Below are positions 1 through 11,844 of a DNA stretch of 64,000 nt, piece by piece. The stretch's first letter is position 1. Each line of letters begins with the position of its first letter. Below the pieces are notes generated by a model, which worked only from the letters and a program-made list of their open reading frames with translations, was not told the DNA's origin and did no database searches. Source of the DNA: the human T2T-CHM13v2.0 reference genome, Homo sapiens; the NCBI RefSeq assembly GCF_009914755.1, contig NC_060945.1. The stretch is one strand, 5' to 3'. A program made the position numbers and the translations under genes.

Positions 1-9
1 GACATTTCC

Positions 10-140
10 TCCAGTATAGTGGAGAGGGACCTGTCAGGGAGTCAGGAGAGACGGGGCCCAGTGATGGCTCTGCCATGGGCATGATCAGTGACCATGGGCA
101 AGTCATCTCATGCCCAGGCTGTGATTTCCTCAGCTGTGAT
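10..140 (+). mobile_element. MIR fragment
   Basis: MIR core-like sequence ctctgcca...tgaccatgggcaagtcatctc...tttcctcagctgt. Confidence 0.5.
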
Positions 141-367
141 TTTAAAGACACTTTTCTCTTAAGTTTCTGTCTTTCTGCTAGAGAATTCTAATGAATCATA
201 ATCATAGATTAAATTGACCATTTGATCTGGAACTTAAAAAGAGAAGTGTAAAATTTAGCAGTATTTCTCCTGTCTCTCACCCATTCCTCCATCTGTAATC
301 TGATTACATGGGAATAGTTGAGAATTTAAGACCTAATTGTCATAATTTCATGAAATGTGTTTAACAA

Positions 368-437
368 TAAAACTACTAGATACTGTAGATTAGAGTATTA
401 TTTAAAACTACTAGATACTGTAGATTAGAGTATTATT
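368..437. repeat. Perfect 35-bp tandem duplication
   Basis: taaaactactagatactgtagattagagtattatt occurs twice in tandem. Confidence 0.95.
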
Positions 438-1709
438 AGAAGGATAAGTAGGATGTTGCAAAACTGTTTGTGAATATTTTAAGAACGTCCTGTGCAAAAA
501 CGTCATTAGGCTACTCTATTGTAGTTTTCAACTACATCTTTTTATAGCGGTAAATTGAGCATGTTTGGTGTTATACTGTGTTATCAGTGAATATGGCATT
601 CTGAGAGAAGCTATTTCAAGAATTTGTTACTACTAAACCTTTTAGTTCCTGTAGTCATTTATCTTTTATTAGTGAGCATAAGCAGCTCTAATGCAGATTT
701 TGTGGTAGTTCCTTTTAATATTTGAAGATTCCCCTTGACAACTAAAAAGAGTACGACATATCATAATTTTACAACACGTAATTTTCTGCTTAGTAAGTGA
801 ATTCAGTGCCAGCAATAACCTGCTAATTGCAATGAGGCCTTAAATATATAATAAGACTTCCTTTAGCCAAAATGTTCAAGAGATATGGTACTCTGTTAAT
901 TTTGTTTTGATGAACTAAATAACAATACAAATTATTTTTTGTTTGAACAATTTTGAAAATGTATTAATATATCATCTTATTAAAATGTATTAATTTAAAT
1001 AGATATTTGATGATTCCAAATTTTGCAAATGCCTTAGAAGCTTTAAATGAATTTGATGTGAACATCACTAACTCTAAAGCTTTTCCTGGAAAATGCTTTG
1101 TTTAGTGGATCTGGGATGTCTGCTTCTTGGGTGATGGTAAGAGGAAAACCTAGGGAAGGAGAAAGAACAGAGGAGTAGGTACAAGGGGAAATAGTTTTGT
1201 CTGACAAAAACTGCATTTGCAAGGCCTCTGCTAATTAGAACTTTTATTTGTTAAAGGCCTAAATTATGATTAATGAGTGTCACTTTTTAAGCTGGTATTA
1301 GAAAACCAAAAGCATTACTTAGCTTAATGTAGAATCCTGATTTTAAGTTTGGAAAATCATATGGAATTTAAATTTGCAGAAGTCAGCTAAATTTTGATTG
1401 CTCAGCTTCATAATATGGATATCGTCTTATAAGGTAGCAACCTACTACCTCATCTTTACTTCAGAAAGGAGGATGACAGGGAGACTATATGATATAGACA
1501 AATACACTATTTGTCTATTCATTTAATTGTTTTCTGGAGTGGCATCCACAGTTAGCCCCATTGCATATGTAAATCCTGAAGCAAGTCTGAGAATTCATTA
1601 ACCGTGGCTTGATCTTACAGTCAGTTGCTTAGCGTCATGGTAACTACTTCATAGCGGTTTTTTTCATTTAAACTTAGCGTACACTAGAAGCTAAATTGCA
1701 CAGGTGAAA

Positions 1710-1925
1710 AGTATCTTCAGACTTTGGGATTAAACATTTCTGGATTTTGGAATATTAGTTTTATTTATTATGAATGCAACCTTGAATAAATTGCCAAATT
1801 TCTCCAGATAGACCTCAGTCTTCTTTTCCATAAAATGAAGGTAATTGTAGGATTAGTCAAGAGCATTATTTGTAAGTGCCTGGCATGGCATGTAGTAGGC
1901 ACTGAGTAACTGTTGGTTTCCTTCT
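1710..1925 (+). mobile_element. MIR
   Basis: aaccttgaataaatt...cctcagtc...ataaaatg...gtaagtgcctggca...tagtaggcactgag. Confidence 0.55.
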
Positions 1926-2420
1926 GTTACATCAGTCCTAGCCGCTTTTCAAATATGCAATATATTAAAATCAACTTTAATATAAGAAAAATTTCCTGGA
2001 AAGCGTAGAATCATGGAAATTAGAGAAAGTCTTCAAGTGTTTAGGCACCCTGCTTTTTAGAAAAATGTCTTTAATTTTAAATGGAATACTTAGGATATTT
2101 TCAATATAGAAGAGTAGACCCTGAGAAAAAGTCATGCATAGTCCCACTCACTACTCATAGTTAATTATTGTAAATATGTTGGTATTTATTTCACTTTTAT
2201 TTTAATATGTAGATTTGGGATTTATTTTTATAGTTGAGTTGCATACAAAATTTTGTGTTGCCTTCTTTTAATCACTTACCTTTTATAACCATTTCCCCAT
2301 GTTGTAAACTCAGTGAAAACATTTAGTGGCTGAGTATTATTCCATTGAATAATTAACTTCTTGTTTATGTATCTGCTACTCAATCGTATATTTGTGTCTA
2401 CTTTTACATTATAAATAGGC

Positions 2421-2538
2421 TGCTAGAAATGAAAACTTTTTTCATATTTCAGGTTATTTCCTTAGAATAGATTTCCCATGCTAGAAATGAAAACTTTTTT
2501 CATATTTCAGGTTATTTCCTTAGAATAGATTTCCCATG
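2421..2538. repeat. Perfect 58-bp tandem duplication within an old antisense L1M fragment
   Basis: tgctagaaatgaaaacttttttcatatttcaggttatttccttagaatagatttccca occurs twice in tandem. Confidence 0.93.
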
Positions 2539-3494
2539 GTTGAATTACTAGCTTAAAAGGTAAAGGCACATTAATGTGGCCGTGGACTTAGATAGCTTTT
2601 TTGTCACCCTTCTTATGAGACCACTTTTTAAGAAGTCATATAATTAATGGATTTCAGGCAAGTCATAAAAATCTTCGTATTTTAATTATTTTTGCAGCAT
2701 ATTAACTGAGAAACTTATTTTTAACTCTTTTCAAGTTTAGCCTTTGTTAATGTATTCATATAAGACCTGAAAACAATAGAAAAAGATAAATAAACATGTA
2801 TTTTACTCTAGTGAGCCCTTAAATTCTTTACATGGAAAATTTTTATGGTACTTTGGGATATCTAAATTTGGCAAATGATACTACAGAATTATTATATGTG
2901 GCAAAGTTTCTTCCCCCTTTCAGCTTTTACCCATGTATTTAATCAGCATTATGCTGTTGAAATTCTTCAATAGTAACTGAAAAGGTTTATAAAACATTTA
3001 TGTTCCCTAAGTGCAATTTTTTTCCCCCAAAGGGAATCTGTTTTGTAAGGATTAATATTCTAAGTGATAACCATTTGCTTCAAATTTATATTTTCTTTTC
3101 CTAAGATAGAATTGTTTTGGATTGGTTTGCTAGTGAGAAATCATCACCACAAACTCCGAACAGATTTCTGAATTTACCTGTTTATATTTCACTCTTGTGT
3201 ACAGAGACCTAGCACAGTTCGTCTCTTATATGCTAGAAAGATTAAAAATCCTTAATTAAATGTCATGGACCAAGCACATCTCTGTAGAATGTGTGTGATA
3301 GTAGTATTAGGTTAAAATTATTCAAATATAAACAATTTAAAGTAGCACAACAAAGTAGTACAATGACTCATAGCTGTCATTTTATAGAACAGCCGTTACA
3401 TACCTGGTGTTGGCTTAGCTGCATATTATCTCTCATGATCATGATACCTGTTCATGCTGATCATTTCCTGTTGAAAAGTTGTGGATTTTGATAA

Positions 3495-3862
<368 letters not shown>

Positions 3863-4905
3863 AAAAATAGTGTTTATTTTAAAAGGGGCAGTACCAGTTG
3901 CAGCTATTGGTTTTGTTTTGTTTTATTGTTCAGTTAAACTCTTTTTCTATATATGCTTCCAGGAAGCCAGGAAATGTTCACATTGCTAAAATTTACCCAT
4001 ATTTCTAATGGAAATGAAACCTCTTTAATTGCTGTTATAAAAATGTTTTTTGTAATATCAAAACAAAAGTTTATCTTTGTGTATGAAAACTTATGCAATT
4101 CAGTTACTTAAGTTGTTTTCAAGCACCTTCAGTACTTTTGGCTTTTTTAATAGGTAAATAGTGGATATGCTAGTTATAAATATGTTGAATAAGATAAATA
4201 AGTATGTAAACATCTGTATGGTATTTTGAATGAATCATATTAGTGTCATGAAGTTTTGAATGAAATTTTCTGAATTTTACACTGACTTCTGTATTAGTGT
4301 AGATTACTGAAATACATAGAATTTGTTAACAATAAAAAGAAAAAAAGGAATAAATCTGATTGAGTTGTTAAAAATGGGTATCAGCTTCCAACAGCTTTTT
4401 CTTATTTTCAGCAGGTGTTTGTTGAACACTTAAGATATAAATATACTGGAGCCTCATAGGCTGTATATAATAAGTTAAACAAAATAGAATATGGATATTA
4501 ACTGGATACACAATTGATTACCAAAAACAATAGAAGGATAAAATTATAAGGAAAAAAACCCTACAAATTCTGATGAGTTTAGAGGAGGTCATATCTTATT
4601 TTGGTTGAGATATCAAGAAAGGTTTTTGGGAGCTATTGGACTTTTTAAAAAATTGTCAGCTATACAGACAATAATAGAAAATACAACTCCACTATTTTTT
4701 ATCTTAAGTACTTAAAGTTCTAAATACTTTCAGGGAAAAATGTAATGATATTGGTAATACCCAGTTTGAGGATGTAAAGGGAAAACTGCAGATTTTGTAT
4801 TACTACTTGATGAATGCATTTGCTTCTGATGTTCAGTTTTAAGTGGTTTCATTTGATACCAAGTCAATGCAGGTATTTTTAAAAGATTTAAGAGTATGTG
4901 CTTAA

Positions 4906-5006
4906 ACAGTTTAATAGTGCATGTGCGTTGGAACTTTTAAAAATAAGTCATATGGATACAGGGCTGCTGCTTAGGGATGTGCAGGTTATACAGTTGTGCA
5001 AGGATG
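4906..5006 (+). repeat. Duplicated ~100-bp block (MER91 left end plus flank), copy of 6664-6765
   Basis: About 10 differences over ~102 nt by manual alignment. Confidence 0.9.
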
Positions 5007-5063
5007 CCATTGTTCTCCACTGTTCTCTTTTCTAATGTTTATATTAATGATTTCCTTCTGCAG

Positions 5064-5177
5064 AAACCTGAAAATACTACAAGCCAACCACTTTCTAATC
5101 AGCGAGTTGTAGAGGTGGCGATCCCTCATGTAGGGAAATTTATGATTGAATCAAAGGAGGGGGGGTATGATGACGAG
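5064..5177 (+). CDS. USP25: USP25 alternative cassette exon (19a, muscle isoform USP25m), 114 nt, KPENTTSQPLSNQRVVEVAIPHVGKFMIESKEGGYDDE
   Basis: Acceptor tttccttctgcag|AAA and donor GAG|gtacct. 114 nt = 38 codons, phase 0-0, no stop. Lies inside ORF 4977..5213. Together with the 96-nt exon it gives the known +70 aa of USP25m. Confidence 0.9.
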
Positions 5178-6717
5178 GTACCTTTTACAGCCCTCTGCAC
5201 CATTGCTACTTAACTTTTGCTATTTAATACAAATACTTTGGGCATGCCTGCACCCTCATACTTAATGTCTATTGCCACATAACATACAGCTTTGCCCCCT
5301 CATAGTCCAAAATTACTTTACCAATTATTAACAGAACTTTGAATTTCAAATGAAAATTTAAGTAGAAAACTTATGGAATTTGTCAAAAGAATTTTCTGTT
5401 TGTGGAGTTAATTCTTTTATGCAGAAATAGTACCAGTTTACTTCCAGGTTGGCAGATTACAATAAGATTTGTTTAATTAGTACAAAAATTTTTTGCATTT
5501 AAAAATAATTTTTTATATTCCATTCTTGTTTTACTGGAATTACTTATAATCCTTTTCCCACTATCTCCTGCCAGAAAATCCCACAGCATGATTGCAGGAT
5601 GGATAATTGATATTTTTGCTTCTACAGCCTCTCCATGTGACTGTGAGTGGAGTAAGTCATCACCGTTACTGAGTGCCTACCGTTAATAGGACCTCCATGT
5701 TTATTCTTATCTCTTCACTGTTAATTCTCATTTACTTAGTTTTCCAACAGTATGGAGGCATTTTTGTTTTTCATGATTTAGTTCTTTGGAATCCAGATGA
5801 AAATGATCTATTGTCTTATTCTATCAGATGATTTTCTCCCCTTTTCCACTTTTCTCTTGAGACACTTAATATTACTCTTTTTGAGGAACGGCCAGTAAAG
5901 CTGTTTTTGAACAGGAACACAGAGGAGGCCGTAACTATTGGGTAGTGGGGGAGGGGGGTGATTTGGAAAAATGCTTGTTGGATTCTAGTTTTTGTGGGTT
6001 TGTATAAGAATTGCATTTATGTTAAGTTTTTTTTCACGTAACTTTTTTTCTGACTTACTCCAATGTTACTATCATGCTAGAGTTAATCACCAAAGTCAGA
6101 AGTGTCATAAAGACATATCACTGTACCAGTGTAAGAAATCACACGCCATAAAGAGAATAAGCAGATTTGTGAGATAAACTGGTCAGAGAGTTTTCTCAAG
6201 CAGGTGTTAGATATATTGCAATTCTCAGTATATAATCCAAAGTAAATACAATGAGTAATAGGTTCAGTGAATCAGAGGTGACGGAGGCAATCTCTTGATT
6301 TCTGTAAGATAGCTTCATAGGGCTTTGAGTAATTTCACTTTGCAGATATTTTAAAATGTAAACAGCTAAAAATAATAAGCTATTATGAAAACAAAAAAAA
6401 TGCTTAAGTATTTGTACTTAATGGCTCTACATTGTTCTAGTTAACTATTTTATAAACATGCTGGCTCTTGAAAATTATGGGAACTGGCATGTTTTTAATA
6501 AACCTATCAATTTATTGATTAAGCAGTTAAGTACTTGTTTTAGGATGTGCCCTCTCTCATTTAAAAAAGTTGAATTGTGATTAATCATTTAACACTATCT
6601 TTTTTGCAAGTGCTTATGTGACAGAGTTGTGTGTTTTGTCGTTTTTTAAAATTTATTGCAGTGACAGTTTAACAGTGCATGTGCATTGGAACTTTTAAAA
6701 ATGAGTTGTTATGGATA

Positions 6718-7011
6718 CAGGGCTGCTGTTCAGGGATGTGCAGGTTGTACAGTTCTGCAAGGATGACTAGACAAGGGGCAGAAGTGGGAAGCAAATTGAG
6801 TTCATGATGAGCTCTCTGAGGCTTGAGGAAGAGGTACCTTTTTTAATTGGTAAAAAGGGATGTTGCTTTTTCTAAATAGTTCACTCAGAGGATAGCACAT
6901 TTTTCTAATTTGTTTGTCTAGAAGCAGGGTGCCTTTTTCAAATTCTCCAATTCAGAGAGGATGCCTTTTTGCAGTTTGCACAAAGGCTCCGTATGAGCCA
7001 GCTGTGCCCTG
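6718..7011 (+). mobile_element. MER91-type hAT (Tip100) non-autonomous DNA transposon
   Basis: TIR CAGGGC...GCCCTG and MER91-like end tttgcacaaaggctccgtatgagccagctgtgccctg. 8-bp TSD tatggata (6710-6717) / tatggatg (7012-7019). Confidence 0.8.
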
Positions 7012-7177
7012 TATGGATGATCTTAAAAGGTGCTTACATGCATATTGGATTAAATTTGGTATTAAAAGTGCAACATTTGATTTATAAATATGGAAAACAA
7101 AAGAGTTTCAGCTTGCATGTGAATAAATTATTTTAGTTTAAAAACCTTTTTTTAATGTTAACTATCTTCTGTGGCAG

Positions 7178-7273
7178 ATCATGATGACACCGAACATGCA
7201 AGGTATTATCATGGCGATAGGTAAATCCAGGAGTGTATATGACAGGTGTGGCCCTGAAGCAGGGTTCTTTAAG
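7178..7273 (+). CDS. USP25: USP25 alternative cassette exon (19b), 96 nt, IMMTPNMQGIIMAIGKSRSVYDRCGPEAGFFK
   Basis: Acceptor tcttctgtggcag|ATC and donor AAG|gtacaa. 32 codons, phase 0-0. Matches the +32 aa insert of USP25b. Confidence 0.92.
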
Positions 7274-8222
7274 GTACAATGAACATTTTCATTTTCGTGT
7301 CTTTTCTTTTTCAAAATTAAACTTCTTAAAATATTTTATTTCTTTGAATTCAGTTTGGTTTTCTGTATAATTTCTCTTTTCCTATCTTAGTTATGGCCAC
7401 CGGATATCCTAGGGTTTTATTTTATGTATTAATTAACCTAATACTGATTGTTTTTCTCTTAATCCAGGTAATTCAAGAAAAAAATCTTTTTATTTGAGTC
7501 ACTCTAATAGTGTGCTTTTGATTTGTCAGCAGAAATTTGAATTGTATTTTTTATTTGAAGGGAATGAGGACATTAATGAACAATAATAAGAACTGAGTAA
7601 ATTGCCCTGGTAATAGTTTATTTTATCTTCATTGTTCATATTATTGGTCAATATCATAATATTCTTTAATTTTATTATCATTAGGTACTAAATTGCTTTT
7701 TCGTTTATAAAATGATTTATTTATTATATTATTTTTGTTATGTTTCCCCATAATTAATTTTTGATAACCTAGTCAGTTCAAGACATGTGAGAACATCAAG
7801 CTGAACACGATTCCATGATTTACCCACATCTTTTTCCCTCTAATATCAGAGCTTTACAATGTTTTGATTACAATTTTTTCCTTTTACAGATTTGAAAGAT
7901 GAAAATACCATGTATGTTTTGTCATTTTATTTACATTAACTGAAAATCTTCAAGTTTTTTTTTTTTTCACTCTTTTCAAACCCTTCTTAGTGGTTTTAAA
8001 AAGCAGCTTTTTTGAGGTCCAGTTTGCTACAGTGAACTATGCATTTCTTTCTTTTTGACATTAAAAATCTAACATTTTTCATTTTCTGTATTTTGCCATT
8101 ATCCAACTTGGTCTTTCAAAAACTGGTTCTTTTTTCACTGTTTCTTTCAGTATACAGTACAAAACAAAAGCCTTGTACATAGTAGTAGACCTATCAATAA
8201 GCATTTTTGAGTTTGCTAAGAT

Positions 8223-8341
8223 TAGGGTGACTAACTCTCCTGATATGCCCGGGACTGAGGGATTTCCTGGACTACAGGATTTAAAGTGCTAAACTGGGAA
8301 AGTTCTAAGCAAACTGGTCCCAGGACAAGTTGATCACCCTA
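8223..8341 (-). mobile_element. MER94/MER81-type hAT-Blackjack MITE
   Basis: TIR TAGGGTGA...TCACCCTA; internal tgcccgggactgaggg. Confidence 0.8.
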
Positions 8342-8904
8342 TTATGATCCCATAAGAAAGGTTGAAAATCTACTTCTAAAAAAAGAAGAAAAATGTATTT
8401 TTTATAGTTTTCTGTTTTAATACATTTCTTTATAGTTTCTAGGTTTCTAACTGGCTTCCTAATTTTTACCATTAGAAATTCCTTCTTATGCCCAGATAGT
8501 CTACATTTTCTTTTCTTAAAAAAAAAACACTGAATATATGTCCTCTAAAGTATTTATTTCTTGTGGAAAAGTTATTTATGATTTACAGTGCCATTGTCAT
8601 TTCTGACCAGATTGGGTCTTCTTATGTTGAATTGCAAATCTCATTTTTATTAAGTTAATATCTGCATATAAATAATCACCTAATTGTATATATTACAACA
8701 GTTAGTAAGCCCCCAGTGGATAATGACTTTCAGTTATTTAATCTGTTTGGCATTAATTCATATCTTTAAATAGAATATTTGGGTTTTTTATTCACAGTTT
8801 ACACATTACCTGTTGAATTTGCTTCTGTGGAATATGAATGATGAGCTCTCTTTCTTTTCCTGCGTCGCATACATACACTGAGAGACACAGCTCCTATCCC
8901 CCAT

Positions 8905-8928
8905 ACACACACACACACACACACACAC
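8905..8928. repeat. (CA)n microsatellite
   Basis: Read directly from the sequence. Confidence 0.9.
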
Positions 8929-9734
8929 GTAAAATCTTGTAATTTTGATTATATCAGAATTCTGCATTTGTAATATTATTATGTATGCTATATGTGATTG
9001 AGTTATATTATAAATATTACTACTTTCTGTTTTTCCCTTAACTTTTGTTTTCCTTAAACTTAGTTGTTTTGTTTTTTGGTTTGCTTAGTTTATGTGTATT
9101 ACTGATTTAGTTCAAAGCTGTCCACTGCTTGTTTAAATCTCCTCTCATTCTGCCTTTACCAGTTTTATCTTCTTGGGACATCTATTCTGGAGCTTTATGA
9201 CCTGCCCCAATCTGTATTGGTTTTTCTTTTCTCCTGATCCATAACTAGTAACTTGAGATCTCCTTTCACCATCATTCTGGGGATTCCCTTTGCATCCTTT
9301 CCTTTGTGTATTTTCCATATTTCATATATTTTTCTTTATTGGTTTGCTCTATGATTTTGATAGTACAGCAAGAAAGCATGGGCAAGAATCAAGTTTGTGG
9401 AAGAGGGACAGAGCATTTTCTTAAATAAGTTATGTTATATTGCAACTCTCAGCACATAATCTAAATAAATACTGTGGTTAATAAACTTCAGTGAATCTGA
9501 GGTAAAAGTTTTCAAGTTGCTTTGGAGATTGAGTCGAATTTGACGTTTTACTCATAGCATAAGGAAACTGTGCTCTTTGTCAGATGTTAAAAATAATTAC
9601 TACAGAATTTCTATTTCACTAACCATTCTCCTTACTATCATCATACTCCCTTTCTTGCTTTTTTTTTTCTGCTGGAAAAACACTTACAAGAATAGTGGGA
9701 ATGTACATTAGGAAGGAAGTAGTTTATATGTTGA

Positions 9735-9945
9735 TATTAGCAGCCAGACTGCCTGGGCCGACTGCTTTCTAGCTTTGATTTTGGGCAAATTATTCAATCT
9801 TTGTATCTCAGTTTCCCGAGGTGTTAAATAACTATTTATTTTATTGAGTCATTGTGAGCTTTAAATAAATTGTATCAATGTTACGCTTTTAAAGTAGTAT
9901 CTGGTTGATAGTAAATGCTCAGAATTTAGCTGTTATTGTTGTTAG
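9735..9945 (+). mobile_element. MIR
   Basis: agccagactgcctggg...ttgggcaaattattcaatctttgtatctcagtttcc...tagtaaatgctca. Confidence 0.65.
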
Positions 9946-10668
9946 TATTATCACGAAGCTTATCTTATGTGTCCAGTTCTGGTCCACATATAGTCGGAGA
10001 TGAAAAATGAGAAAAATGAATGTGCCATATCTGTGTCAAGGACCTTTATTTGCTAATAGAATTTTTTTAACTCATTTGTTAGAAATTGTCAGTACCATTT
10101 TGGAGTAACAAAATTAGCAGTTTTGTTTGGCTTAACCTAATAATTACTATCATAAAACCCTCTTTCTACCTTTTTATGTCTTTAGTGTGTGTATATGTTT
10201 ATAAAATTTCTGAAGTTTGTGTACATTTGCACCTATCTGTGATTGAGTAATACATGAGTGTAACCCCTTTATGTAAACATACATCAAGTTGTTTCTAATT
10301 AATGCATGTTTTTGGTAAAGGTAGAAGCATTTGGACACAACTCTAGCTGATAATATGTCACCTTAAAAATTTTTTCGTATAAAAAATGAAAGTAATGTAT
10401 ACAAAATGCAGTTGTATTCAGTAATATAGAGGTGTCTAAAATAAAACTAACAATGACAGTCTCTGCCACTGCCATGGCCCTATTGTAACCATTCTTAGCA
10501 CTGTGTATCTTGTTTTTTTCTTTTTGTTTATAACAATGCACATATACAGAGACTTAAAATTTTTTTAATGTAGATTTTACTGTTCATAATATTTTGTAAC
10601 TTATATCACTCAGAAATCTATTGTGGGCTTAAAGTTTAGACAGTATCACATTATCTTTACTAGCTGTC

Positions 10669-10778
10669 TGTATACACACATACACATGTGTACACATGTG
10701 TACACACAGGTACACACATGTACACGCACACGTGTACACATACATGTACACACACATGCACACATGTACACCCACACA
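10669..10778. repeat. Degenerate (CA/TG/TA) alternating purine-pyrimidine repeat
   Basis: tacacatgtgtacacatgtgtacacac... Confidence 0.85.
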
Positions 10779-11526
10779 GTATTCCATGCTATAGATATAT
10801 TCTCATTTCTTGTATCTTACCCTCTTTATGGACATGTGTCCTATATTTTCTCCCAGTCTACCATTTCTATTTGAATTAGTTTAGAGTACTTTTTCTTAAA
10901 CAGGTTTTAAAATAGTATGTTCGTTTTCCTACTTTATGGATTTTTTTTGCCATATTAAAAGATCTACTCTTACCCAAAGTTATATAAATTTTCCCACTAC
11001 TTACTTAAAATACTTTTCTTAGTAAATTTTTATTTTTTAAATTCAAATGCTTACTGTTTAACTCATTAGCATTTTATTTGGGCTTTCTGCGTTCTGTATT
11101 AAATGAATTTGGTGTTTTTCTATTTTGTGCTGTCTTCATCAAGTTTGCAATTAGGGTTATGTTAGCTTTGGTAAATGAATTTGAGAGCTTTCCTGTTTTT
11201 TTTAATACTTAACCGTGTTAGCGTTGGAATGATCTGTTCTGTTAGTTAGAACTCACTCGTAAGATCATACGAGCCTAGCGCCTTCTTGCGGGGTAGATCT
11301 TTTAACACATTTTTTTGGTTCATTCCATAGTTATTGGCATGTTTAAATATTCTTCCTTTTTTTGATTGATTCTAATCATCATCATCATTCAGTATTAATT
11401 CATAAAATATGTACACACCATAGAATCTAACATATGGTTGCTGCTTCTGTCTTCCTGTTTCCCCTCAATTAGATATAGTATTTTTAAATTTTTGTTCTTT
11501 TTTGTGCTTAGTGTATTATAAATTGA

Positions 11527-11844
<318 letters not shown>

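Noticed and set aside
368-2538. Direct repeats as a CRISPR-like array
   Set aside because: Only two adjacent units each, no spacers, and eukaryotic intronic context.
4977-5213. 78-aa ORF as a standalone small gene
   Set aside because: It is exon 19a plus flanking intron in the same frame; its start lies in the MER91-derived block.
6755-6768. GCAAGGATGAC match to U6
   Set aside because: An 11-nt match inside MER91 with no flanking U6 similarity.
10623-10879. His/Thr-rich ORFs
   Set aside because: Products of the CA/TG low-complexity tract.
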